NCBI RefSeq assembly: GCF_020745735.1
Contig: NW_026867603.1
Coordinates: forward strand, 2,046,001-2,110,000
Source: Hemiscyllium ocellatum
Taxonomy: Eukaryota
DNA: 64,000 bases
Direction of reading: 5' to 3'
The translations under genes and the position numbers were made by a program. Every line of letters starts with the position of its first letter. Positions within the stretch are counted from its first letter, which is position 1. The notes under the pieces are model-generated. The model was not told the DNA's origin, did no database searches, and worked only from the letters and a program-made list of their open reading frames with translations. This document shows, in pieces, positions 1 through 12,962 of this stretch.

Positions 1-2540
1 GAACATTTTATTTTTAAGTTATGTATCTTGGAGAACTCGTCCCTCCTCTCATTGAATCAAGAATTCGCAGAGTCTCAGACACAATATAAACGTCAACAGT
101 TCATTCTAGGATCACGGCAACACTGTTCAATATTAAGAGAAAAAGATAAATAGTCGCAGAGTCATGGAGTGATTAAGCATGGAAACAGAAACTTTGGTCC
201 AGCCAGTCCATGCCAGTACTTTCCCAAACTAAACTGATCCCACCTGTGTGTACTTGGCCCATATCCTTCCAAATGTTTGATGTTCATTTACTTATCCAAT
301 TGTCTTCTGAGAGTTTTAACAGTACCCACCACAAACCATTCTCTGTGAAAAAGCTGTCTCCGTTATATTTTTTACATTGTTTCTCCTCTCATGATAAAAA
401 CATGTCACCTACTGTTGAAATCCACCAACAGAGTGCAAATAAAGTGGGCGGCATGGTGGCTCGGTGGTTAGCACTGCTAACTCACAGTGCCAGAGACCTG
501 GGTTCAGTTCCTGACTCAGGCAACTGACTGTGTGGAGTTTGCACATTCTCCCCGTGTCTGCGTGGGTTTCCTTTGTGTGCTCCGGTTTCCTCCCACAGCC
601 CAAAAATGTGCAGGTTAGGTGAATTGGCCACGCTAACTTGCCCTTCGTGTTGGGTGTAGGGGAATGGGCGTGGACTTGTTGGGCTGAAGGACCTGTTTTC
701 ACACTGTAAGTAATGTAATATGCCAATATCTTAGTCAAAACTTGAAGACAATCCCAGCTCCAAGCATTTACAAAATACCATTATGGATCATCCTTGTGCA
801 CAAAAAAGATTTCTCCTTTAATCAATGGTTTCTAAAAGTTGCTTGTGTATCTGTCGTAAAGGACGTTTTCCTAAACTTCTGAACTGCAAATTGTTCACAT
901 CCATCGGATTAAAGTAATTATGTGAATTACCCCACACACGAAAAAATAATCAAGCAAATTTGTTAAAAAGAGTTGCTCTGAGGAAGTCTACGATGGATTC
1001 ATTTATCAAATTAAATCATTTCCAATATTGTGAGGCCTCGTCTATCTTCTGTACAATAGTCTAAATTTTAAGTTCTGTCTGACTGCAGATGAAACTGATT
1101 TGTGTAGAAGTATGGTTTGAGTCTTTCACATCGTTAATATTTATTGCTGACTTTATTTGATTGGAGGGACGTTGTGCCAGGCATCGTTTGGCACCATCAT
1201 ATACATCATATACACATCGCTGGTGTCATGTGGAGTTTATTGATATGTGATGCTTTGAAACGAAAGCTTCGAAAATTTCCGGTATGAATCATGTCAATTA
1301 GAGCTATTCGCCATTCCACTCATGGCTTTATAAACTTACATGTAGTCACTCCCAAACCCGAACTCTCAACCTCCAGTGAAAAATGTTCAAGTCTATCTGG
1401 ATTTCCAACATTGATTCTGTTCCCACACATTCCATTGTTAAAGATCCTCCTGCCGCCCCAGGTCCACAGACAGCGTCCCTTGTTACGAGTTCAAAGAAGT
1501 GAAAGGAAGTTGTCCTACTATATTGTTCAATTTTAGTTGGCTTCAAAAATAAATGTTCATGTTATTGCTGATTTACTGGAGAATGCAATGTGCCAGTATC
1601 TGCTGAAATACATGCAGCACCATCCTGAACCTGATTTGCAGGTTCACCTGCTGCGCACATACGGAAGTGGGCATCAGGGAACAGTGAACATCGCCCACCC
1701 CCACAACACCTCACCGACACACTCAACCTCCCCTGTACTTTGGACTTTGTGAATTGCGTATTTTTAATAATCAGTTAATCCGAAGTGGTTTTTAAAACTT
1801 ATTTATTACATGTTGCTGATCTTGGCAAAATAAACGTATGTTGCTGTCAGCTTTTCTGGAGAGCATGTCTGCATTTTTCACGTGTCATTTCCATTGATTC
1901 ATGTTGCTGATCTTGGCTAAATAAACGTACGTTGCTATCACCATTTCTGGGGAAAATGTCTGTATTTTTCTCCTTTAAGTCAAGAATACTCAAAACGTCT
2001 TGAGAAACATCTAGCCCTTCTTCTTCCCCATAAGCCAGGATTTACAACATTGGAAATCATATCTATGATGAAAGTGGATTAGACCCTACGCAATGTTCCC
2101 AAATATTTACTTCAAGTGCTATCACCAGCAGGGTTATGGACAACATACTTTAAAGTGGGTGTCAGCTGGAAAGGTCTGTTTTCAGGTGGCACAGGTGCGA
2201 TGGGCGAAGCGGTCTCTCTTTGTCGTGAAAGATTTCTACAACTCTAAATTCATCTTTCTTACTTTGTCTAATTCAGAGGCTCTAATTCAAATGATTCATT
2301 CTGGATACATTCCAAGCCTTCGTTTTAATGATGTCACATGTCAATAAATTCCACCTGACACTCCTGCTCGCGATGTGGAAAATAATGGTTTAATTAATAG
2401 TGCCAGATGATGCCTAAGACAACATTCCTTTATTCAACTAATGTCAGCAATATTAATTAACAATTTGAAAAGCACAAACTGTACTTTTACCCAGTTTCAC
2501 CTGCAGTCAGACCCAAAATTCAAACCATTAAAGCTCTCTC
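1..2540 (+). repeat. Inverted segmental duplicate (copy A) of about 11140-13415
   Basis: 22-55 matches the reverse complement of 13362-13395 at 32/34 nt. 2181-2204 is the exact reverse complement of 11471-11494. The two regions are collinear throughout except for a SINE at 444-719. Confidence 0.92.
444..719 (+). mobile_element. tRNA-derived V-SINE (HE1-like)
   Basis: GGGCGGCATGGTGGCTCGGTGGTTAGCACTG head, conserved V-domain (GTTTGCACATTCTCCCCGTGTCTGCGTGGG) and CACACTGTAAG tail. Confidence 0.88.
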
Positions 2541-4769
2541 AACACTCATCCATTAAACACTGAAACGGTTGTTCAAAGATATTTTGCATATGTGTGTGTG
2601 CATGTCTGTGCCTGTTCGTTGTAAGCTACTCAACATTACAAAATCAGAAAGACAAGAGTAGTGGTTCAAGCCCCTTTACACTGCTACATCAAATGATTTC
2701 CATGATTGTACAGTCGATGTATGTGCTGGGTAAATCTCCCCCTATATTGCACTGTCCAATGCAATCATATCAAATACATTTTGGTTTATAGTAAAACAGC
2801 ATCCAGGATTCCCTGGAAAAAAAATCCTCCCAGAGCAGGCACAACACAGAATCGATACAGAATAAATCGTCTTGTAGAATATTAAACATTCCATGAGATG
2901 TGAAGAAAAGGTTAAATATAGGCTAAATCTGCATTAGGCTGAGCCATTAAACATTCCTCAGTCAAGAATAATACTGGTGAGATAAAATGATAACACTAAC
3001 ACAGTAAAGTTTTGCAGCCTCAATCATTTACAGGTCACTCAATACTCAGACAGATTTTCGAGAACATCTTGCCCTACTGACTCAAATCACTCTGAAGAAA
3101 TGGATGAATTTGGCTGAGAGGAGATGTTGGTGAGGTTTTGACTTCATGTTATTGAGAAAAACCTTGACTGACTGTGGAGAGGCAAAACAAGACATCAGAT
3201 ATAAAGACAAAAGTGGGCAAGGCAGGAGGGGAAGAGAGAAAGAGAGAGACTGAAACATTGGTTGTGCCAATATATCTCTTAATTATTTTTTTGACTAAAC
3301 ATGACAATTGATACCTCTGTCATTTAAGACTCATACAACCTATGAATCAAAAAGGTCCAACATAAATTACTAGTGGAATGCATTCAGTTACTTGCATTTG
3401 TTTTTGCCAATAATCGTGCTTTATGCTTGTGGGGAAGTACAAATTTGGGTTTTGTTGTTCTGTAATCTATTCTGTGAGTTCTATTTCTGTGTCAATTTAC
3501 AGAAATGCTTAATTAATTTCATGGAAATGTTGATGAGAGCAAAGCCAGATGAACGAAATAATTTACTGGTAAGTTTTAATTCGAAACAAGTTTATTTAAG
3601 AATGTTGACAGTTTGCAGAAAGGAATACAAATTAATGAACATTATTTGTAAGGGATGCTATTTATTTCAGGAAATTAAACACAATTTAACACTTTTATTT
3701 AGATTAAGAATTCCGTTCTGAAAGTTCTGCAATTAAACGTCTCTGTCCAACTACTATGAATGTCCCATTGATTTATATTGTAGTCCGTTTAGACAGGAAA
3801 ATATCAAAAGATTCAACACAGCTCAAAGTGCATTTTAGAATATTCATGTAAAATATTTGAAGTGACATCAGGAACTGCCGCAACAACTACATTTAATTGA
3901 TATAGTTGTTGCGAGGTATCATCAAGCTTTATTGATATAGTTGTTGCCAGGTTTTACCACTCATATATTTCCTTATATTCTTTCCTAAAATGTTGACATT
4001 GCTGGCAAGGTCAGCAATGAGTCCTTATCCCCTAACGCCCAATGTATAGCTTGTGAAGGCCACTTCAGAACGCAATGAATTACTTCCCGATTGCTCTGGA
4101 ATCTCACGTCGGCCAGATCAGGTAAAGGCGATAGATGCCTTTCCTAATTCATTAGTGAACCAGCTGATTTTGTATTTTTTCCATTGACTTTGATAACATT
4201 GCCACCATTCGGCTTTTTTTCTGATTCCATGATTTCTTTGAATTCTAATGTCACCCTGGGCAAACGATGGTATTCCAAACCCTGTCCATTCAGCATCAAA
4301 ATTGAGTTCGGGAAAACTGGTCTCGTGATATCACCACTGTGTTCCTAATTTTGGAAATGCAGGAGACATGCACGGAAAACGGTCACAAACAGAAATGCAA
4401 TAAATCTGACACTTTGTACCATGAACCAATATTGGACTGGAATACTGGCAAGAGTTATCTTTCTGTTCACAGCAACATCACAGGAGACCATGCATCCAAT
4501 CATCTATCTTAAAATCTGTATCGGACTGTTTGAACAGCCTGACTCCCTTGCTACATAATTCCCACATTTGTATTCTGCTTCTCTTTCAGATTTCCATACT
4601 CCACCACAAATTCCACTTTTTGACTTCTTGTTTGAAATATGAAAATGTCAGTCACATATCTCAAGAAGGTGGTCATCAGCTACTTTTTTTGAAAGGCTAC
4701 CATCTTGCTTGGGTAATTATGGTTGACCTTTCTGAAGAAGATTTATTACAACTGATTGACTTCTTATTT

Positions 4770-4942
4770 GAGAGTGTCGTGCTGGAAAAGTACAGCAGAT
4801 CAGGCACAATCCGACGAGCAAAAGAATTGATGTTTCGGGCATAATCCCTTCATTAGAATACCTAATGCTGCCTAATCTGCTGTGCTTTTCCAGCACTGCA
4901 CTCTCGACTTTGAGCTCAAACATATGCAGTCCTCACTTTCTG
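4770..4942. repeat. Palindrome of Penelope terminal fragments
   Basis: GTGCTGGAAAAGTACAGCAGATCAGGCA ... TGCCTAATCTGCTGTGCTTTTCCAGCAC arms flank a degenerate hammerhead. Confidence 0.75.
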
Positions 4943-4961
4943 CTAATGGATTTCTTAGTCA

Positions 4962-5277
4962 GTGGGCGGCACGGTGGCACAGTGGTTAGCACTGCTGCCT
5001 CACAGCGCCAGAGACCCGGGTTCAATTCCCGCCTCAGGTGACTGACTGTGTGGAGTTTGCACGTTCTCCCCATGTCTGCGTGGGTTTCCTCCGGGTGCTC
5101 GGTTTCCTCCCACAGTCCAAAGATGTGCGGGTCAGGTGAATTGGCCATGCTAAATTGCCCGTAGTGTTAGGTAAGGGGTAAATGTAGGGGTATGGGTGAG
5201 TTGAGCTTCGGCGGGTCGGTGTGGACTTGTTGGGCAGAAGGACCTGTTTCCACACTGTAAGTCTAATCTAATCTAAT
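4962..5277 (+). mobile_element. V-SINE (HE1-like), young full-length copy
   Basis: Full head with A/B-box-like motifs, V-domain and (TCTAA)n tail. Confidence 0.9.
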
Positions 5278-5289
5278 TTGGCACAGGAA

Positions 5290-7370
5290 AGGAACCGTCA
5301 TCTTATTGTTGGACTGGTAGGTCAGGCCAAGTCGAAGGGGCAGACGTTCCCCTCTGAAGGACAATACTGGACCATGTAATGTGCATCAAAACTTTGGTAA
5401 GTCCGTGATGATCGTTCATTACATCAGCATTTTCATTTCAAATCCTTTCATTAAGTAAAGTTGTCATGCTAGAGGTTGAAATCTTGATTCTGGAACTTTA
5501 CTCCAAACTTTTTGATTGCGTATTAAGTACTCGTAATGCCCCCTCAAACACTTAATCGAACTATCATGTTTGCGACGAATAATTGTTTTATTGACTCATG
5601 GGACGTGGTGGTTGTTATTAGCCGTTTGTCGGTATCCTTCAGAAGATAGCATTAAGCTGCGTTTCTGAAATCCCATGTTCAACGTGCCCTGAGGAAGGGA
5701 AAGCCAGATTTTGACCCAGTTACAGTAAAGGATAGATGATATATTTCCATGTCAAGATGCAGAATGGTTTAGAGAGGAGCTTACAGTTCTGTTATTCCCA
5801 TGTATCTCCTGCTCTTGTTTTTCGAGTTGCAATTGGGAGTAGGAAGTTACTCTCTAAGGAAGTGGCCAAATGACTGCAGTGTAGTTTTTTAGATAATGCA
5901 TATGGCAGGAACTGAGCATCAGATCTAGGGCAATGGACGGTTGTGAACATGCTGCTGATCAAGTGGGATGCTTTGTCCTGGACAATGCCAAGCTTCTTGA
6001 TAGCAGTTAAACCTGCTCCTATCCAATAAAAGGGAGAGCTGTGCTATTACAGTCCTGACTTCTGTCTTTTCTACAGTCAATTCTTTATGCGAGTCAAGAG
6101 GGTGAGTTACTCGCTGCAGTAATCCTAGCCTCTGGCCTGCTCTCACAACCATTGTATTTATATGAAGTTTCCAATTCAATTTCTAATCAACAAAAAACCC
6201 AGGATGTTGATGGTGAGAGATTCAGTGATGGTAACAATATCATGGGGTTTTAGTTAGACTGTCTCTGGTGGTCGCTGATTATTGTCTGGCAGTTTTGTGG
6301 TGTGAATGCTACTTGCCAATTGGCAGCACAAGTATGGATGTTGTACAGATCTTCCTGCATTTGACTGTGGACTTATTGCGTGTGTGAGGAGTCAAAAAAA
6401 AGTGCACTTTTCATTTCTAACCTTCTGATGGAGGAAAGGTCATTGATGAATTAGCTGAAGATGGATGGCCCGAGGACACTTTCTTGAAGAACTCCGACAA
6501 GATTTGCTTCGGCTGAATTGACTGACCTTCAGCAACCAGACCATCTTCCAATGTCTGTCCAGGCAGCGAGGAGTTTGTCACGTAATATCCATTGACTTCT
6601 GTTTTGCCAGGGCTACATAATACCGTACTCTGTCAAATTTGAATTTAATATCAAAGGCTGTCACTCTCCCTTCATTTCTGGAATTCGGTTCTTTGTCCAT
6701 GTTTACATCAAGTCTGTAATTCAGACAAGAGCTGAGTTGGCCTTTCTAATCCACATTGACCATCACCGAGCAGGTTATTGCTGGGCCAGTGTTGCTTGAT
6801 AGCACCGTTGATAGCACCTTCCTACACCTAACTCATGATTGGGCATGGACTGAAGGGGCAGTAATTCGTCAGGATGGTTTGTCCTATTTTCAGTGCACAG
6901 GACATGCCTGGCCTATTTTCCATGTTGCCAAGTCGATTCCAGTGTAGTAGATGTACTGGGACTGCTTGGCTAGCAGAAGTCAACAGTATTATTGTAATAA
7001 TTTTGTGAGGCTCCATAGCATTTTCAGTAACGAGAGTCCCAACCATGTCTTGATATCATATGGAGAGAACCAATTTCCTTGAAGACAGGTATCTGTAATA
7101 TTGGTGGTCATTGGAAGATGCCAAGATGGATAATACAATTGGCACTTCATGCTAAAGATTGCTGTGAATGCTGCAGCCTTACCTTTTGCACTGATATGTT
7201 ATGCTATCTATCACAGAGCATGGGAATATCTGTGGAACCTATTCCTCAAATGAGTTGTTTAATTAACAACCATAATTCACGACTTGATGTGGCAGCACTG
7301 CGGGCTGAGACCCGAGTTTCCTGAATTAATACTCAAACCACAATACCTGGAGACTATCGCCCACACCTAA
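5290..7370 (-). mobile_element. Degenerate CR1/L2-clade LINE (RT region and 3' end)
   Basis: ORF 5925-6179 (NWKLHINTMVVRAGQRLGLLQRVTH) resembles the C-terminal RT region of CR1/L2-group LINEs; many stops and frameshifts. Confidence 0.7.
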
Positions 7371-7479
7371 CTCACCACATGATGTGGCTATGCACAACAC
7401 GAGATCGCTTACCCTTTGTGTTTTGTAGATTCCAACCGTGCATCGTATATTTGCTTAAATTGTTAGTCTCGAAAATGCT

Positions 7480-7990
7480 TTATTTCACAGACTTTAGGAT
7501 ACAATGTTTTGTTTTTAATTCATTCTTCTGTCGGAAAGGCAAGTCATCGATGTCATACTGTATTCCAAGGTTTTCCTCCTCGTCAATTGCAAAACTAAAC
7601 GTTTTTTACCTCATCTTTGACCTTACTCATCAAAATTGCTACATTCTTGACGAGATCATTAATATACACTGCAGACAGCAAAGAATCCAACACCAAGTCT
7701 TTTAATAAGCCACTGGACAAGATATGTCTTCATAATGATTACCGTCGACCATTACCCTCGACCTTCTGCCACCAAATAAACGTTCGATGCATTTGCCAAA
7801 CTGCAAAAGATCCCATGAACTCTTTACTGAAGATGCAAGCTCTTGTCAAAAGCCTCATTGAAGTCAAGAAGCATTTCATCCATTTTTTACACTCGTTGAC
7901 AAATCTCATTACCTCTTCAGAAAGCAGAATCAACCATGTCCGATATGATATCACTTCCACCAAAGCCATGCTGAATTTTATTGTTTACAA
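7480..7990 (-). mobile_element. CR1 LINE RT fragment
   Basis: Minus strand reads like SCLTNLIxFSEEVMRFVNECK..DVxYLDFxKAFDK and, further on, KMR*KTFSFAID. Confidence 0.75.
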
Positions 7991-9159
7991 CTTACAATTC
8001 CAACTGTTAATGAATGCTGTCTCTTAGATTTATTTATTAACTTCCCTCATGCTTTCTACTTTTAAATATAGATTTATGAGCGAAACTACATATTGTCATT
8101 TACCTCCTTTGGCCCGATGGTAACTCTTCGTATCTCTCAGATAGGTAATTTATTATGCCTTAAATAATCTTTTGACGCTTCGTTTTTATTCTGGAAAATG
8201 GGAATCGAATTAAATGTAATTTTGAGGCCAACAGCCGTTTGTTCTTGATACTGTCAGTGTGTGTTCACCCACAGAGGCAGGATGACTGTTTGTGCTGATA
8301 ATACAGAATGTAGCGCCTGGTGTATCATTCTCAGCTGACACACAACTTCCTGTTTGTATGTGCCAGCAGCTGGCAAACATCTCACTTCTCATCAGAAAAT
8401 AAACTCAGGGGACACAATCTGGCGGAAACATCTGCCAATGTGGCCTATATCAGGGCACAAAGTGTAAAATGAGCATTGAAATGACCTTTCAATCGCTGTT
8501 TTGTGGTCCGATACTATGACGTCATTGGACGAGTCTCTCGACTATGTAACAAGCTCATTCGAATCACCACCGTCTGGAACATATCGACTGCACCGATTCC
8601 TGTCTTTGAGTAACTTCTTGTTACTCTCACTTCAGATTTAATGTTCCCAGTTTTAGATTCTGTCTTCTGTATATGTCACCTCCCCAGCTGAATACATTCT
8701 GTTTGATCTATTAATAGATTTTCATCAATTAAGCAAACAGTTTTGTAGAGACAGGTATGTCGGTGGGTCTGCTTAACAGAATCCATATATGGAGAGATCA
8801 CCTTGTCTGTGTCTAACGCTGACCACATTGAATAGAAATAAAGCACAGCACTGTATAGCTTCAAACTTTGCAAATCCTCTTTGAAAGAGCTAATTCTAAC
8901 GGCTAATTATTTTCTCGATTATTTCAGAAACTATGACTGAAAATGCCTATTTTTAACAGCGTTTCAAATATTCTTAAAATTTGAGTCACTGGCATTTCCC
9001 ACAGTCAGCTTTGTAGTATTTAACGTTCTGGTCAAAATTTGCTTCAAGCGGAAGTCTAAAACATTGTTTTTTCTAAGTTACCAGCCATTGTCCTTGCAGT
9101 TCCATAAAAACTGCGAGCTATTGATAAGCCCCAGAATGAACAGAATGTCAAGGCCCTGT

Positions 9160-10228
9160 ACACATGCAAACACCATGACACAGGCCTTGAAGCTCTCCAT
9201 TTTTTCCTGTTACACTAACCCAAGCAGTACCCTGCCTCTCACACTCTCATTCACTTGGCTGAACAGCTGAACCGTCAACTACTTTTACTTCCAATCGTCT
9301 CATTACCTCCAACCTAAAGGGGTAGCCATGGGCACCAGGATGGGCCCAAGCTATTTCTGCCTCTTCGTCGGATATGTGGAACAGTCAATCTTCCACAGCT
9401 ACACGGGTACCATTGCCCACCTTTACCTCCGCTACATTGATGACTGTATCAGCGCCATTTCATCTCGGAGTTTGAACAGTGCATCAACTTCACTAAAACA
9501 TTTCACCCTGACCTCAACTTCACAGGGACCATCTGGGATACCCCCTCCCATTCCTAGACCTCTCCATCTCCATCACCAGTTAACGACTAAACATTTACTA
9601 CAAGCTACTTGGACTACATCTCCTCCCACCCTACATTCTGTAAAAAAAGCCATCCCTTCTTCTCAATTCCTCTGCCTCCACCGCATCTGCTCCCAGGAGG
9701 ACCAATACCACCATAGAACGTACTAGATAACCTCATTTTTCGAAGACTACAATTTCCCCTCCCACCTGGTCGATAATGCCCTTGAAACCCCCATCCCCTC
9801 CAATCGCAGCAGGGATCCCTCTTGGTCCTCACCTTCCATCGCACTGACCTTGCATATATCATATCATCCTCCGCCACTTCCACCACCTGCAAGCAGACCC
9901 CATTACTTGGGGTATATTTCCCTCCCTACCACTATCTGCACTCTGCAGATAACATTCCCTCCACGACTCCCTCGTCAGGTCCACGCCCGCCACCAGCCCA
10001 CTCCCCACCCCGTCATCTTCCCCTGCCACCGAAGGAAGTGCAACACCTGCGCGCACGCCTCCCCCTCACCTCCGTCTGAGTCTGCACCACCAGATTTGGA
10101 GGCATCTACATCAGGGAGACAGGATGTCAACTTGTGGATCATTCCAAAGAACATCTCTGAGACACCTCCGCCAACCAACCCCACGGCCCCTTGTCTGAAC
10201 ACTTTAACTCCCTCTCCCACCCATCAAT
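9160..10228 (+). mobile_element. Penelope-like element fragment (RT to GIY-YIG)
   Basis: MGTRMGPSYFCLFVGYVEQS...LYLRYIDDCI is a PLE RT motif set. Cys-rich CHRRKCNTCAH and a GETGxxL..HFKEH-like endonuclease remnant follow. Confidence 0.85.
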
Positions 10229-10445
10229 AACAGGCTGGTCATATTCTGTTCATTTCCAGTGAATAAATACAAGATAACTGATCCTGAATTTAAATGGTAT
10301 GGTCAGGATTTATTTTGATAAAAGCAGGAACAGTGTATTTTGACATAACAGGTGGAGAGATTCACTTCCTGAAAAAGCAGCTCGAGTGATATAAGCTGAC
10401 ACCAAAACAAGTTTGGTCCAAACAGAGGCAAAATGCAGCATATAA

Positions 10446-10449
<4 letters not shown>

Positions 10450-10486
<37 letters not shown>
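10450..10486. repeat. (AT)n microsatellite
   Basis: About 18 perfect AT units. Confidence 0.95.
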
Positions 10487-10488
<2 letters not shown>

Positions 10489-10814
10489 CTGAGTGAAATA
10501 AATAAACAAAAACTATCTTAGCCCCGGAACAAGATAGGGTGTATTAAGTATAAACAAAGACACAACTATTTTAAATTGTAGTCGAAAATTAATTGATCGT
10601 ATATTGAAATGCAGCCAGAGCCGTATATTTGTGTTTTTGCATTCTTCCGATCTAAATTAATCATTTCATAAATGCTTTTGGTAAATGTCATGTATCACTC
10701 GTCTGTCCATTACACGAACCTTGCTAGGGCCTTGTTAAATTCTGAACCATCGTCTTCCTGGTTCACAGTGTTTGCTAGTTTCATGTTACAATAAATGGTG
10801 AGGTTGTGTACTGT

Positions 10815-12962
10815 ACGCCAATATCTTAGTCAAACATTTAAAGCAATCACAGCTCAAAATATTGCAAAATATCACTATGGATCTTGCTTGAGTCCAAAGA
10901 AAAATAGTCCCCTTTGAATCAATGATTACTAAAATTTGCTCACGTATATGCTGTGAATATTTTCAAACAACCTGAAGTGCACATGGTTCACATCAGTCAG
11001 AATAAAGTAACATTTCGTATGTTACCACACATAAAAATAATCAAGCAACTTTCTTGAAACAAGTTGCTCTAAGGAAGTCTACGATTGATTCTTTTATCAA
11101 ACAACATCATTTCCAATGTTATGAGGGCTCATCTACCTTCTGTGCAATGGTCTGAATTGTGTGTCTGACTGCAGGGGAAACTGGGTAAAATTACAGTTTG
11201 TGCTTTTCACATTATTAATTTATAATGCTGCCTTTGGTTGAATAAATGAATGTTGTCCCAGGCATCATCTGTCAGCATTAATTAGACCATTAATATCCAC
11301 ATCGCAAGCCAGAGTATCAGGTGGTGTTTATTGATTTGTGATATAATTGAAACGAAGGCTTGGATTGTTTCCGGTATAAACCATGTGAATTACATCCTCT
11401 TAATTAGGCAAAGTAGGAAAGATGGATTTAGAGTTGTAGAAAGCCTTCATGACAGAGAGAGATCACTTCACCCATCGCACCTGTGCCACCTGAAAACAGA
11501 CCCTTCCAGCCGACACTCACTTTGTAGCATGTTGTCTGTAACCCTGCAGGTGATAGCACTTGAAATAAATATTCGTGAACATTGCTTAGGGTCTAATCCA
11601 TTATCAACATAGATATGATCTCAAATGCTGTAAATCATGTTATTTGGGGAAAAAGTCGGGGCAAAATTGTATCAACATTCAAACAGTTGGTGCATACCTG
11701 AGGAGCATATGGGCCCATTTCTAAACGTTGTTTCTCAAGACATTTTGACGATTCGTTACTTAACATCAATGTAAACTGACATGAAAAAAATGCAGATAAT
11801 TTCCCCAGAAATGCTGACAGCAACATACGTTTATTCAGCCAGGATCAGCAACATGAATTAAGCAAGTTTTATTTTAAAAAACACTTCTTCTAACTGATTA
11901 TTTACAATATGGATTTCACAAAGTGCAAAGTACAGGTCGGGGAGGATTGGGGCCGTTTGTGGATGGTGGACGATGTTCGCTGTTCCCTGATATGTACTTG
12001 TGTTCGTAAGCAACAGGTGAATCTGCGAACCAGATTCAGGATGGTGCTGCAGGTATATCAGCAGATACAGTGTACATGGCATTCTCCCATAAAGCAGCAA
12101 TAACATGAACATTTATTTTTTATAGTATTTGAAGTCAAATAAAGTTGAACAATATGTCGGGACAACCTCCTTTCTTTTCTTTGAACTAGTATCAAGGAAT
12201 ACTCTCTATGGACCTGGGGTGGCGAGAGGATCTTTAGCAGCAGAATGTGAGGGAACAGAGTCAACGTTGGAAATCCAGATACACTGGAACATTATTCACT
12301 GGAGGTGAGAGTTCGGGGGGTGACCTCATATAAGTTTATAAAGCCATGAGTGGAAAGTTGAATGGATCTAATTGACATGATTCATACCAGAAATTTTTAA
12401 AGGTTTCGTTTCAAAAATATCACATATCAATAAACTCCACCTGTCATTCCAGCTAGCGATGTCGAAATTACTGGTGTAATTCAAGGTGGCAGACGATGCT
12501 AGGGACAGCATCCCTTTATTCAACTAAAGTCAGCAATAAATATTAACAATGTAAAGGCACACACTGTACTTTTAACCAGATCAGTCAGTTTCATCTGCAG
12601 TCAGACAAAAGTTAAAATTCAGACCATTGCACAGATGATAGACGAGCCCTCACAACATTGGAAATGTTTTTGTTATATAAAAGTATCCATCATAAACTTC
12701 CTCAGAGCAACTCGTGTCAACAAACTTGCTTGTTTTTTTTGTGTGGGGTAACTCAAGAAATGTTACTTTAATCTGATTGATGTGAAAAATTTGCACTTCA
12801 GAAGTTATTTGAAAACGTCCTTCACAACAGATACACAAGCAAATTTTAGAAATCATTGATCGAAGGGGGCAATCCTTTGTGGACTCATGCAAGACCCATA
12901 GTGATATGTTGTAAATGTTTGGAGCTGGGATTGTTTTCAATTTTTGACAGATACATTGGCGT
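10815..12962. repeat. Long imperfect inverted repeat (arms about 10815-11390 and 12360-12962)
   Basis: GTCTGACTGCAG 11163-11174 pairs with CTGCAGTCAGAC 12595-12606. GTTGCTCTAAGGAAGT 11063-11078 pairs with ACTTCCTCAGAGCAAC 12696-12711. Outer ends are CGCCAAT and ATTGGCG. Confidence 0.85.

Noticed and set aside
1291-1752. About 150-codon frame with one stop, partly shared with copy B
   Set aside because: No recognisable motif, and the frame is broken in the paralog. The similarity is explained by nucleotide duplication.
4976-4985. CACAGTG heptamers in SINE heads (and at 10764) as orphan RSS
   Set aside because: No nonamer at 12 or 23 nt spacing; most are part of the SINE consensus.
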